64,000 nucleotides of DNA from Haliotis rufescens (Eukaryota). The notes under the pieces are model-generated. The model did not search any database. It was not told the origin of the DNA and saw nothing but the letters and a program-made list of their open reading frames with translations. The translations under genes were made by a program, and so were the position numbers. How positions within the stretch are numbered: the first letter of the stretch is position 1; each line of letters opens with the position of its first letter. Positions 50,590 through 63,735 of this stretch are shown here, piece by piece. The DNA lies in contig NW_025964112.1 of the NCBI RefSeq assembly GCF_023055435.1, positions 47,058,001 to 47,122,000 of the forward strand, given 5' to 3'.

Positions 50590-53429
50590 NNNNNNNNNNN
50601 NNNNNNNNNNNNNNNNNNNNNNNNNNNNNNNNNNNNNNNNNNNNNNNNNNNNNNNNNNNNNNNNNNNNNNNNNNNNNNNNNNNNNNNNNNNNNNNNNNNN
50701 NNNNNNNNNNNNNNNNNNNNNNTCATATTACATAATATTTTCACCCAGTAGTATTTCTCTTCACATACCAATCTAGTTGCCACTAAACGTCCAAATATGT
50801 TTGAGTTTTCTTAACTTTTCAGTTCATGAAATTGCTGGAAACAACGCCAGGATGCGTAGAGAAATGCCCCAGTATTACGAAATAGAAAAACTGAAACGAT
50901 AGGAGTGTGCGAATGCCTCAAAACAGAAACTCCCCCTTTAAACAGGATAGACTATCCAGATATATCAAGTCTTATCGATGTAAAAATGTAATACCATTCT
51001 CAAGCGTTTTGTCCTAGAATTTAAAACATGTAAGAACACCCATATACCAAGTTCATTAATCACAGGTGATAGATGATGCTGTTTGTTGCATCGTCATCAC
51101 AATAAAAACGCCAGCTTCTACGAAGGGTGGTCTGTGGAGCATGCCGATCGGCAGATGGGTAGCCATCTAAGCTTTGTTCGTGCGAAATGCTAATATCTTA
51201 TCGAAAGCCATTCGTGCTGTCTACTGTTTCTTGAAGTCCGAGATAGTCGAACAAGTGGACATAAGACACCCACTTACGTTTGACATTAATAACAGGCGAG
51301 GGGCAATATACAATCTCCACAGAGTGAGGTTGTGTACAGATAAGCTGGCCGTGGAGATATTTACTTGCTATACATGATAGTCCATTTCGTAATGTACACC
51401 GCTTATGAAGTGGTGGGTCTGACCTCCGCCGTTTTACACGAATAATACATTTGTCAATTTCGTTAATTATATCGGTTGAGAATGCGGGCCTCAAGAGTGT
51501 TTTTTGTAACGTCATGTAAACCCAAGTGTTCGTCGGTAATACGAGACATTTATTTGTGTTTTATTGAAAGTGAATCTGGTTCTGGAATATATTTGAAGAT
51601 ACTGATTTGTAACATTTTCTGTGTGAAATATCATATCTGAGAGACTAAGAGGTTTATATTTCATCTGATGTGTTTATGTCTAGTGTTATGTACGTCTAAA
51701 TTCACGGGGCTGGTTGAGTACAAATTTAATTATACACACACAGCTGCATGCGAAAATATGTTTTTTATGTAATGATAAGTACTTTTTAAATGTCTATTTT
51801 GTATGTAATAAGAAACAATATAGAACCTTATTCTGTATTCTGTATTCACATGACGCTGTCGCACTTCAACGTTTTATATAAATATATTTAAAGTGAAGTA
51901 CTTGTCCTGTGTTTTCCGACTATTAACGTTTAACGTTCCTTTCGTACATAATTGAAATCGTTGTCTGGAAAGCTAACAGACGCGATCCCCATTTAACTGT
52001 TGTATTTTACCGGATCAGCGGTTTATGATGATTAAGAAACATCATTCATGAAAGGAACCAGATTAAAGGTCATCACAGTACAAAGTACGAATTATATAGA
52101 GAGCGAGGTACATTTTATGTCTCAATTCCCGAATAGACGCATTATGTCAAAACACTCAATAAAGTCTGTGTGCTATAAAATGTAAGGTGGGTGAACAAAC
52201 CCAAACTATTTTATATTTAGTTCATATTTAAAAGTTTTCGGTTCAGTGAAATCCCATAACACAACACGTCCGACCACGACACCCTGTCTGAGACCTTGTT
52301 CGTTATATATTAAGAATATCTACAGTGAACAACCCATATTGTTAGATTGAATTTAATATTCAAGGATCGGTGCACCCTGCGGAGGTAAATTTATGGGATG
52401 CGGCAGGGGTTTCAATAAAATGTCGAATAAACTTAACGGCATTACAAATATGCAAATATTAGCAGTATCTTTAATAGACTGCATCGTAAAATTGTATGTA
52501 ATTGTATGATGCTGGTGTAAGCGTCTTATGACTCCACAATAGAGAGGATATTGCTTTGCCAAACGGGGCAATAATTTCTTTAGATGAGGGATATATGTAT
52601 GTTAAAAAAACATTCTTTATGTCTCTTAACACTCATAGCATCCGCTTAGATGCTCTGTTACAAAATGTTTAATCTTCGACAAAATGCAATTGCATATTTT
52701 CAATGAGAATCTCTCGTATCACTGGAAATATTCTCATAATCGGGAAATTGTCATTGCTCAAGTTTTTAGTGATTTGCAAATTTTATGACACGGGAATTCG
52801 ATGAAGCAAAAACTGACAAACAGACAAGTCAGACGAGAAGACAGTTAACACAAGGGACATTGTCAGCCGAGGTCTAACTTGCAAATTTGACTTCCATGCG
52901 TTTAATGGAAATGGAGCTACTGAGGATTACATCCATTCTGAAGATTATTGAATAGACATCTTACAACGGTTTGAACAATGACGGACAAAAAAAATAGGCT
53001 ATTCCAGAAATGTGTGTAACCACAGTCAAAATTCCCAAACGAATATTAATGAACGACCGGTGTAACGTTTATGTAAATCTTTAAATAGCATGGATGTAAA
53101 CACATTCATCTTTTTTTACTGTATAAAAGCACTTGGATGAGTTATTCAGATGATGTTATATCCCATCCATCCTAGCTCCGACATCCAGGTATTTCATTGA
53201 TGCGGTGTTGTTGATGATCCCACGGTTAACACATGGCGTCACCCAAGGAGTCTTTGGGATAAACGATGTGAACCTGGTATGCATTGTGGACATTGATCCT
53301 GTGTCGTTTGTGTTAATGGAAGCTTTTTCTACATTGACTCAATTGTCGTTGTTTGTTTTGGGTAATATTTTAATATGTATTCTGTAGTGCACGTGTTGTA
53401 ATGACATTCTGTTTACAACTGGCAAATCG

Positions 53430-55000
53430 AATCCCACCAACTCCATTCATTTCATACCTCCCATCCCATACCATCGCATCCTATACCATTTCGTGTCATC
53501 CTTTCCAATCCCATACCATTGCATCCTTCTTTTACTTCTTTCTCCCATCCATCCCATCCAATAGAACCCAATCCCTTAAAATCCGTAGCCTTCCCTGACC
53601 TTCCCTTCCCTCAATATGTCAGTCTGCGTTCAAAACTGACAAATCGAACCCCAGCAAATCACTTCATAACTCCAATCCCATTTCACCCAATAACATCCCA
53701 TTTCATCCATCTCTTCAATCTGCTCCTTCTCATCTCAACTCATCCAATGAAATTGTTTCTTCTCCTTTCCTTTCCTCTGCCACCCAACCCATCCCTTCCC
53801 TTATTATCCCTTCTCATCCCTTCCCTTCTCATTCTGTCTAACCCCTTCACTTCTCATCCCAACTCATCTCTTCCCTCCTCACCCCTTCTCATCCCTTCCC
53901 ATCCCTTCCCTTCCCTTCTCACCCCTTTTCATCCCCTCCCTTCTCATCTCTTCCCTTCACATCCCTTCCCTTCTCATCCCGTCTCACCCCTTCACTTCTC
54001 ATCCCTTCCCTTCTCACCCCTTTTCATCCCCTCCCTTCTCATCTCTTCCCTTCTCACCCCTTTTCATCCCCTCCCTTCTCATCTCTTTCCTTCCCTTCCC
54101 TTCTTTTCTTATTCCTTCTCATCCCTTCCCTTCTCACCCCTTTAATGCCTTCCCATCCCTTCCCTTCCCTACGCATCCCTTCCCTTCTCATCCTTTCCCT
54201 TCTCATTCCTTCACATCTCTTCCCTTCGCAACCCTTCTCATCCCTTCACATCCCTTCCCTTCTCACTCCTTCACACCCCTTCTCTTCACATCACTTCCCT
54301 TCTCATCCCTTCCCTTCCAATCCCTTCTCTTGCCATCACTTACTTCCCCTTCTCTTCGAATACCTTAGCTTCCCATACGATCCCTTCTTATCCTTCGCTT
54401 CTCGATCTATTCGATCCCTTGCCTTCCGATTCCTTCCCATCCGATCATTCCCTTCCTTTCCCATCCGATCCGATCCGATCATTTCCTTTCCCTACATTTC
54501 CTTTCCCTTCCCTTCCTTTCCCTACATTTCCTTTCCCTTTCGCTTTCCGTACTTTCCCTACATTTCCTTTCCCTTTCCGTCCTTTCCCTACATTTCCTTC
54601 CCCTTTCCCTTCCCTTCCCTACATTCCCTTTCCCTTTCCTTCCCGACATTCCNNNNNNNNNNNNNNNNNNNNNNNNNNNNNNNNNNNNNNNNNNNNNNNN
54701 NNNNNNNNNNNNNNNNNNNNNNNNNNNNNNNNNNNNNNNNNNNNNNNNNNNNNNNNNNNNNNNNNNNNNNNNNNNNNNNNNNNNNNNNNNNNNNNNNNNN
54801 NNNNNNNNNNNNNNNNNTCCTTCCGATCCCTTCCTTTCCTGTCCTTCCCATCCCTTCCTTCCCTTTCCTTTCCTTCCCACCCTTTCCTTCCCATCCGATC
54901 CCTTCCTTTCCCTTACCACCCCATCCGATACCTTCCCCTTCCTTCCCATTTGATCCCTTCCCTTTACGTTTTGTCTATTCCCATCGCTCCCTTCACCTCC
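53430..55000. repeat. Long polypyrimidine/low-complexity tract built from 5-mers (ccctt, ctcat, ttccc, atccg)
   Basis: Direct reading; contains a gap; the P/S/F-rich ORFs are artefacts. Confidence 0.95.
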
Positions 55001-56238
55001 CAAACACATAACACCACAGCACATGGATATATCGTTGTTTAATGTATGTCTCCTGCCACTCGTATCGGCACTCGACATAATCAATGATTCAATGACTTCA
55101 AGTTAACCAAACTTCACTGTAAATACGCCTAACTTGTAAATAGGGCACTATAAAATTTAAACAGTATTAACAATCATACACATATTCATATCATGCATAA
55201 TCAGTGTGCTGCGAAACAATATAGGTATGCCCATCAACGTCTATCATATATCACTCAACATGCATCTGCAACGAATGAAAGGAAACGTGTGCAGTTACAC
55301 TGACTCCGGTTACCATGGTTACAGACACAGACCAGATATCAAAACCCGGGTCGTGTAAATTTCTTATCACTGTCACATATGTATGTCACGAGTACTGACA
55401 GAAAATATGTGACAGAGGTGCAAAGTGGGTAAGATAGATCACTGTCGGTTCACAACCTCCAGTGTCAGTAGCGTTAATCAAAATAACATCTGATGATACT
55501 TGAAGAGTATGTGTATAAAACCCATTTTTGTTTTTAAAATGTCTAAAATGATATATTCGAAGCTCGGTCCATGTTCCTAGACGGCGTAAAGTAATCACTT
55601 TTTGTGAATACGTATTTGGACGTGGACGTTTTCGTGAACTGTCACAGATGACACGTACGTATATCGTATATGTGTTGTAGCTGGCCACATACATTCCTTA
55701 AAATTAAAACTCTGTCCATGTTTGAACCTAACTGGTGTGTCTTACAGTGCAGTTATAACCTGCTACATAACCCAGTAAAAGTGGATGTAAAAAAATAGAT
55801 TGGAACGGTAAACATTATCTTATGCCAAATGAAAGTAAAGAGGAGCAATTATATCATGCAAGGTCATTCCGTCAATAGTCAAACAGATTTATACAGTCAA
55901 ACATCAAACAGTCATGACATTGATTATTGTAAACGGTTATATCACTGTTCATGAAAGTGATCGTATGTTTGACCGTGATAATAAATCATTCCTTGCCAAA
56001 GAAGATGTGTTTGTTTTTTGACACGAGATGTAACTCTGGGTTATATCAGCTGTCAAAAGCGATTACATCCGTGGTCGTCAAACCAAATCAAACTGTCTGA
56101 TAATGGACCATACACCCATTTACCCTGTCCTGAAGTATAACGCCATTTGTGTATGATTGTTCAGCTTCGGTAGCTGTGGTCGTGGGCGTTGTGTGGCTGT
56201 TGTTGTCGTTGTATGTATGATGGTGATGATGTTATAAT

Positions 56239-56317
56239 GAGTGAGTGAGTGAGTTTGGTTTTACGCCGCTTTTAGCAATATTCCAGCAATATCACGGGGG
56301 GGACACTAGAAATGGGC
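56239..56317 (-). mobile_element. 5'-truncated SINE family A with 15-bp TSD
   Basis: tgatgatgttataat at 56224-56238 and 56318-56332. Confidence 0.92.
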
Positions 56318-56324
56318 TGATGAT

Positions 56325-56485
56325 GTTATAATTGAAATAGTGGGTGAAAGGGAGAGAGAGACAGAGAGACAGAGAGACAGAGAGACAGAGAGGGAGAGAG
56401 TTGCCGAATTTGTATTTATGGTTGTAGTGACGTTATAAGTGAAATAGTGGAAGGAAAGAGAGAGAGAGGGAGAGAGAGAGAGAGA

Positions 56486-56530
<45 letters not shown>

Positions 56531-56628
56531 GCCGAAGTTGTATTTATGGTTGTAGTGACGTTATAAGTGAAATAGTGGAACGAAAAAGAGAGAGAGAGCT
56601 TGAGAGCGTGAGAGAGTCGCCGAAGTTA
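56325..56628. repeat. Three tandem units, each containing a variable (GA)n tract
   Basis: gttataa(g/t)tgaaatagtgg-(ga)n-g(t)ygccgaa repeated three times. Confidence 0.9.
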
Positions 56629-56687
56629 AACAGAAAAAAAGAAATGCAACAAAGTTATACCTGGTTACCTGGAAAAGCAAAACCTGT

Positions 56688-56783
56688 TGCATGATGTTAA
56701 TCACTGGATTGTCTGGTCCAGACTCGATTATGTAGCTGGAATATTGCTGAGCGCGGCGTTAAACAACAAACAAACAAACAAAC
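56688..56783 (+). mobile_element. 3' fragment of SINE family B
   Basis: atcactggattgtctggtccagactcgatta ... gcggcgttaaac-(aaac)n. Confidence 0.88.
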
Positions 56784-56844
56784 TTTATTTGCAAATGTTC
56801 TGCAAACGGGATACAAGTGTCAGACCCAACATCTTGGCGCAGAT

Positions 56845-56990
56845 GGGGTATTCTAGTGGTGAAAGGGGTCGAATGATCCGGGTTCGATACCTTTACAGAT
56901 ATGAAGTACGAAGCCGATTACTGGTATCCGACTAAGAAGCCGTATCCGACTATTTGTAAAGGCGTAGTTTAAACCACACTAACTCACTCA
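56845..56990 (+). mobile_element. Decayed SINE family A
   Basis: ctagtggt..aa, ccgggttcgat B box, actcactc tail. Confidence 0.6.
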
Positions 56991-56997
56991 TTCCATG

Positions 56998-57267
56998 CAA
57001 CCCGTGAAGATCCGGGGTAGAATAGGTCTTCGGCAACCAATGAGGGCCGTAAAAGGCGACTATGCTTGTCGTAAGAGGCGACTAATGGGATCGGGTGGTC
57101 AGGCTCGCTGACTTGGTTGAAACATGTCATCGTATCCCAATTGCGTGGATCGATGCTCATGATGTCAATCACTGGATTGTCTGGTCCAGATTCGGTTATT
57201 TACAGACCGCCGTCATATAGCTGGAATGTAGCTGAGTGCGGCGTTAAACAACAAATAAACAAACAAA
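56998..57267 (+). mobile_element. SINE family B, full length (about 270 bp) with 13-bp TSD
   Basis: cactcattccatg at 56985-56997 and 57268-57280; (aaac)n tail. Confidence 0.93.
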
Positions 57268-57996
57268 CACTCATTCCATGTGACAGGTGCACATAAACAA
57301 GAATATTCGGCCCACATATGATGCCATACTTATTGACCCCGCAATTTGCCAGCCTTGCATTCGTCAAGTTGAAACGAGAGTTATACAAGGGCATCTTACA
57401 AAGGCCTTGTGTGGCGCGAGCTTCGGTTCTAGGGGGTATGTCAGTTTTATTTAGACTGACAGAACATGTCATATCAATAAATGTCACTGTACTTATTATC
57501 ATCATAATTGAGCATGTTGCACCAGAAAACAACGATTGTGAGGTATTTTATGACAAAATGCAATAATATCTCATATCCGCTGTGGGTAGAAATATTATGT
57601 AAGCGTCTAGATGAAAGGTTGCCCATGAAATTAATCGGAAATACTTCATGGTTGCGTGTGCAGATTATAATTTCAGGTCACGTGTTGCAGGGAAATATTG
57701 ACATGGACATAAAAGGTTAAAGACAATCGCAGTTTCATCACGGATGAGGATGCAAAAACAGGCATGTGCGCACGCGAGATTATTCATTCTAAGCGTTATC
57801 GATTGTAGATGAAACGAAAACTATGTCAAATTGCACAGTTATGTAACATTAAACAAAATTTGGGAATATTTATGAGACGTTAGCAGACCATCGCGCAGTC
57901 TCTGGTTATCACCTCCGTCAGAGGTAAGCACAGAGCACGGGAGTGGTAAAGGGAAGTAACTTTGCACGGATTGCGGAACAGTGTGATCATCGTGTT

Positions 57997-58105
57997 GGGT
58001 AGTCAAAATATCAAAGCGATCCCTCTTCACGCAGACGTTTTGAGCTCGATTCCCACATGGGAAACATGTGTAGCCCATTCTTGGGGTCCCAATAACGATA
58101 TTGCC
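57997..58105 (+). mobile_element. Decayed SINE family A
   Basis: ctcgattcccacatggg.aacatgtgt.agcccattc.tgg.gtccc..cgatattgc. Confidence 0.6.
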
Positions 58106-58539
58106 TTTTTTTAGCTGCAGTTCTCCTTAGATAAGAAATTGGCCTGTGTTCATACAGGAGTGAATGTGTTTTCCTTGATAGGATCACAAAGAAAAGTAAT
58201 TGCTGATTCTTCAAGCGCAGATTTGGTTGTATACTCCCAAGGGAGTTGGGAATGCCACATGAATGTACACTGATCTGTGTAGACTTAGTTCTATATAATT
58301 TCATGTATATGACATTGCTATTTAAAACTCGTCCAATCTCCTTGCTTCATTGGGTGAGCGCACTGTATAGTCCCTATACACGGGGCTGCCGAAAACAAAC
58401 TGAAACAAATGTCAACATTTAGAAGATATCTGCGCACGCGTGACCCGAGGGCAAGACAGAGGTTGTCCCAGCTGTCAGGATCCGCAAAAACTTCGTTCGA
58501 ATCAGAATTTCGCTCTAACATCTTGCCTTGGTATTTCAG

Positions 58540-58787
58540 AACCATGGCCGCCTCCGTGGATACGTGAATAGCCTGAAGAGTGGAAAGTCGGTGTTCGATC
58601 CTTTGGCCCGGTCCTGCCAACTTTACCGACCTTAAGGCCGATATATGTTGTTACGCTGCGTGGCGCTCCGCATCAAGAGCTAGAACAAGTGGGCTCAGAG
58701 TGTCTTTGTGGAGTATCCATGTTAAACTGCGGCATCATTAGACTAGCACTATAAAACTGACATTAGTTTAGACTAGTATAAGCAGTG

Positions 58788-58832
<45 letters not shown>

Positions 58833-58888
58833 GTTATGTAAGTGCAATAATCTCGAACGCAACGTTAAATCTCATTTCACCTCACCTG
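58540..58888 (+). mobile_element. Probable SINE of another family with internal (CA)n
   Basis: gttcgatcc B-box-like; tggcgctc.gcat and ctagcactataaaa segments; cgttaaa..(tcacc) tail. Confidence 0.45.
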
Positions 58889-58960
58889 AGCTCCATGCTG
58901 GGCTTATGGATATTACCAAAGTGTTTAACGTCTATATTCCGAGTCACTGTGGGTTGGGGG

Positions 58961-59135
58961 CAAGGGAGTCCCAGTCGCCTAAGGCGCCTCAATTGGTCCT
59001 AATAAACCTATGGTTGTAGGTTTGAATCCCAGATTCGCACTGATTCTGTTTCTAGATCTAGCAGCCATCCTTCCACATCAAACTGACATGCCGTCACACA
59101 ACCGAAATACTGTTCAAAGCGGCATTCAGTCACTC
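58961..59135 (+). mobile_element. Decayed SINE family C
   Basis: ggtttgaatccc B box; cacatcaa.ctgaca.gccgt..ca.aac.gaaatactgttcaaagcggc tail shared with the 2975 copy. Confidence 0.6.
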
Positions 59136-62100
59136 TGAGTAGATACCCAACATATCGGGTATGTCAAATATACGGGGACAACCCCACTTTCTCAATTCAC
59201 CGAAAATGACATTTCACTTTTTCAATGATGGGTAAATCAAAGCGTCCCTTTAAATGTTTAGAAACTTGCAAGGATACGAAAAGCCAAGTCCTTCGGTTCC
59301 GCGTGGTATTTCCGGATATCAAAAACTGAATATCACCCGCACATCTGAAAACAGAAAATTTCTAAATTCATTCCAGGTACACGTATCCTCTTCGTACAAT
59401 GTCTTAGTGGATATTAATATTTTGGAATTTATGTTTCAATATACTTTATCAAGGATAAAACAGAAATTTAATAAGTTATCAGAAAAAAGTTGTTCTGAGA
59501 AAACAAAATCGATTTTCATTAAAACCTTTATCTCCATCGGCATGCTAGTTCAGCTGTCAAATGTTTTTATCAGGTTCCATTCTCTCTTTGAAGTCGACAA
59601 TTTTTAGCAATAAATTCTTTTAAAAATGGATACATTGCATAAGGAAACAATTAAGGTAATTAAGTTTTCAATACTTTCCAGAATTTCAAACGCTCTCGGA
59701 GTGTCTCCACCTTATGTGACTGACACTAACACCTGTGAATCGGGTTCCCTTCAAACAAAACCAACCTATGCGAAACATTAGCGGACGTCAATACAGATGG
59801 CAACCAGCGAGGCGGCATATCTAACACAAATCAATCGATAATTGACCATTAAACCTGTGATTAACCCATGTTTATGACCCCTGAAATTAACACTGTTACG
59901 GCTAAGTAACCCTGGTGTTATATTCGGCACCTATGTAGAACCGGGATCTAAGCCAGCGCTGATAACTAATCTAAAGAAATAAGCTGCAATTAAGGTAAAG
60001 TAACTTCAGCCAATATACAATAAACTGGACAGTCGGAGGGGTCAGTGGCACGGATGGCCGGTCTCACAAGAGGAGGAGCTGTGGACAGTATCGATAATGT
60101 CCTATTACGGCTTGATGGGTATTAGGAGATGATGGGACTTTTACGGTCTCTGCTCTAATGGGTTCATCTCTTTGTGCAGTGTGCTTTTTAAGTTTCGGCT
60201 CCTCTTAGGCGTCACAATTTGACTCGAGAACAATGGATGCCTGCCACCCAAAGAGATGACCCACGTGGACGAAGACTAATGTCTCACATGAAGGCCACGA
60301 TGTCATCTTATGTAAGCAGCATCGAATTCTGTTTTTGTCCTGCATATACAAACATATTTCTACATAACTGTTTTGGATTTTTTAAGAACGAAATGTCACG
60401 TTGAGTTATTTGCGATCCAGTATATTCGTGGCATACTTAAATATGTCATCCAAGGATGATTATATTGTGAATTTGTACAGAAAAGGTTCCAGTTTACAAC
60501 TCAAAGGCGCTTGGACCATGATAGATATAGCGAAAGGTTTCATTAGAGACAAGTATGTAGTGCCATTTTAAAGATTATAAATTTTCTTATTATTCATTTC
60601 TGGCGGCAAATTGGTCCATAAGTGGTCCTGCTTGTTGTAATGACCTATCATCTTATGTTTTGGTACGTGACTTTGGTAACGTCAGTACGTGATGAACTTT
60701 TGATCTCACTGTGCATGTGGGCATGTAGGGTACTGTCAGTTCCTGTTGGTATGCACGTTAAAGAAAATGCTTTCGTCAGCTTTAGCATTCTTCTGACCAT
60801 GACTCCATCACTGCAAGACAACACCTTCCTGACAAAGAACTTGAAACCGTTTTAGTCATCATCACCAAATATTTTTGCCATTCTCAAATTCGCATCAAAA
60901 ACTATTTGTAAAATATGAAAGTGCAATTATACCATTTGGCTTACCTTAAAGATGCATGTTTTATAGCCTTGACAGAAGCATTCATTTAATAACGACACTG
61001 AACCATTGACAGGACACATTGCATTAAAAAAAGGATACATGTTCAGTGCAGAATAATGAACCTTTACAGCGAAAGTTAACTGGTTGAAACATATTCGAAA
61101 ATCCAGTCTTAAAACTTCCTCGACAACCTTGGGGGATGAGGAAAATAAACACCTGGTCAAATTGTCCATATTTCCTGGCATGTGAAATCGAACGATTGCT
61201 AAACTGGGGTTTTATTGTTGGGAACTATATTTTTGCGCGTCAGGTTCAAAGAAAGATAATTTACGTGGTGGAACGAAAGAGGCATGTTGTATGTTTCATT
61301 AAACGTGCAATTGACATGGGTCACATCCCGTTGGTCAGGCAGCATAAAACGTTAAAAAGTGGGAGCCTAACGTGAAAGGCTCTCGTGCATTGTCTATCAC
61401 AAACCCCGATGGTCGTGTTAAAAATGCAGATTTCGACTATAAAACAGGGGGAGTTTCGCTATATGTTTTCTCGCTTGCTGATCATCGGCTAGGATTTCCT
61501 GTCGAAACTACAGACGGGCTGCGGATGACTGCCAAAAAGAAGAAATAGCCTATTAACACATAATAATAAACCGGCCGTACACGCTGCTCTCAAAGACGAT
61601 AGAGCATTATCAATCTTCACAGGGTTACAATAATTAGGCATAAACAATAGAAATCGATCTTTAGATTTAAAACCCAGTAAGCATGAATTCCTTTCGTGAG
61701 GTTTTTCACTGAAATTGCTCGAGAGATTTTTAATGATTATCCTGAACGTGTTTTTCCCCAGTATTCTGTAGTTTTGTTGGCTTTAAGGTTATTGAAGAAT
61801 TTCGTATTTTTTCGAACAAATGTTTAAAAAAACTCAAAAAGTTTCTTTTATTGCTGTTTTATTTTCTTAATTTGCATTTCATTATCAGCAAGGAATTCCT
61901 TTATTGGTATTCATATCACTTACGTCTTACCATTATAACTTTATACCCTTCATAAAAGTAACAGGATATCGAAGAAAAACTGAAACAAACTCACTCAGCT
62001 AAAACACAAAAAAGAACATTTCACTTATGTGCAAGTAAACATTATCAAGTTATATTGAATTTGTTTCTAATTAATCGGTTTAGTACATAACTAATGCCCA

Positions 62101-62719
62101 AACCGTTAAAATGCACTTAATCAATTACGATCTTGTGCTATACTGACGATTAAAACCTAAAAATCTACTTTGAATCAATGTAACGAGGATAGACATATTG
62201 GCGCTGCCGTGGGTTTCTTCTTTATGACAGAATGACGGGACGGTGTGTGAGATTCCCAGCATTAAGTTAATCCGTTGTGGAAAACAGCAATTGGAAAGTC
62301 CATGATTCGATGATAATACCTACCCTTAAGAGTCGTTTACAATTATTTTACAATCCAGCGTAAATAAACCGCTTCAATAAAACTATCGTTAACACAGTAC
62401 TAAACATTGTGGTGGCTATTGCAGGGATCGCTGCCTGGTCGATCATGCTGACCTGCCGTTGAGCGTGTACCGAATAAAGAAGAGAATGTATATCGTGGGT
62501 TTAAAAGTGTGAATACAAGATTACACCTTGGTGGCGTTTGAACAGATTTATGATATACTTGACGAAAATTATATCGGAAACGTATGGTCATAATGAGGTT
62601 CTCCAATAACCTGGATCCGAAAATGATAAAGTGTGTATAGTGTTAAGTGTGTTAAGGAAATCGTAAATATGTACGGTCAAACAAGGAAATGGTCAGTATT
62701 ATTGACAACACCATTGTAT

Positions 62720-63670
62720 CGTTATGTTTTCTATACAAAGGTTTCTTTTATTCTTTACAACGTGTTATCTTTATTGTTTACAACGATTCTTTTTTTATAC
62801 AAATATTCTTGATTATATATCAACGATTCATCTCCATTCTGAACGATTCTTGATTCCATACAGCGTTTCTTCTTTCTGTCTTTACAATGATTCATCTTTA
62901 TCCTATAACACGAGTCATTAGTCAACACCACGAGTTTAGTCTGTACATAGGTGCATCTGTAGTCCATACATTGACTCGTGTTTATTCGATACAAAGATTC
63001 AGTTTATTCTATACAAATATTCATGTTTATTCGATACAAAGATTCATGTTTATTCTATAAAAAAGATTCGTGTTTATTCAACACAAAGATTCGTGTTTAA
63101 TCAATACACAGATTCATGTTTATTCTATGCAAAGATTTATGTTAAAACTATGCAGAGAATCATGTGTATTCTATACAAGTGAGTGAGTGAGTATGGTTTT
63201 ACGCCGCTTTTAGCAATATTCCAGCAATATCACGGCGGGGGACACCAGAAATGGGCTTCACACATTGTACCCACGTCGAACCCGGGTCTTCAGCTTGACG
63301 AGCGAACGCTTTCACCCCCAAGGCAACCCGACAGCCCGTATTCCATACAAAGATTCATGTTTATACTCTGTAAAGATTCGTGTTTATGCCATGCAAGGAT
63401 TCCTGTTCATACTGTACTGTAATCATGTTTATTCTATGCATTGAATCCTCTTAATTCTGTATAACGGTTAATCTTCATTCAATACACCGTTACGTGTTCA
63501 TTTCGTATACAATTATTTATTTTAATATAATGTACATAGATTTATATTATTCCGTATAGATATTCAATGTTACTCTTAACAATGAGTTTTTAAGGCAAAT
63601 ATTCATCATCATTCTATCGAATGATTTATCCCAATTCCGTACAACAATTCATTATTTTCTTGGACAAAGG
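62720..63670. repeat. Degenerate 23-bp minisatellite (tttattctatacaaagattcatg)
   Basis: Units at 63003, 63026, 63049 etc.; edges decayed. Confidence 0.85.
63179..63337 (-). mobile_element. SINE family A inserted in the 23-bp minisatellite
   Basis: (gagt)n-atggttttacgccgcttttagcaatattccagc...; flanked by gtattctatacaa / gtattccatacaa. Confidence 0.9.
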
Positions 63671-63735
63671 TTCCTAAGTTTCTGGCGAATCGTGTTTAAG
63701 GTTGTTGGTGTATGGTGATAACAGGTTGAGTCGGC

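Noticed and set aside
53519-55084. Long 200-290 aa ORFs
   Set aside because: Translations of low-complexity pyrimidine repeats and N gaps.
36364-57172. Recurrent peptide MSID.RNW.TMTC.NQVSEPDHPIPL suggesting a gene family
   Set aside because: It is the antisense reading of SINE family B.
56120-59950. miR-10-family-like words (ttaccctgt at about 56120; cctatgtagaaccg at about 59930)
   Set aside because: Only partial similarity, no matching hairpin; no Hox-cluster miRNA could be supported.
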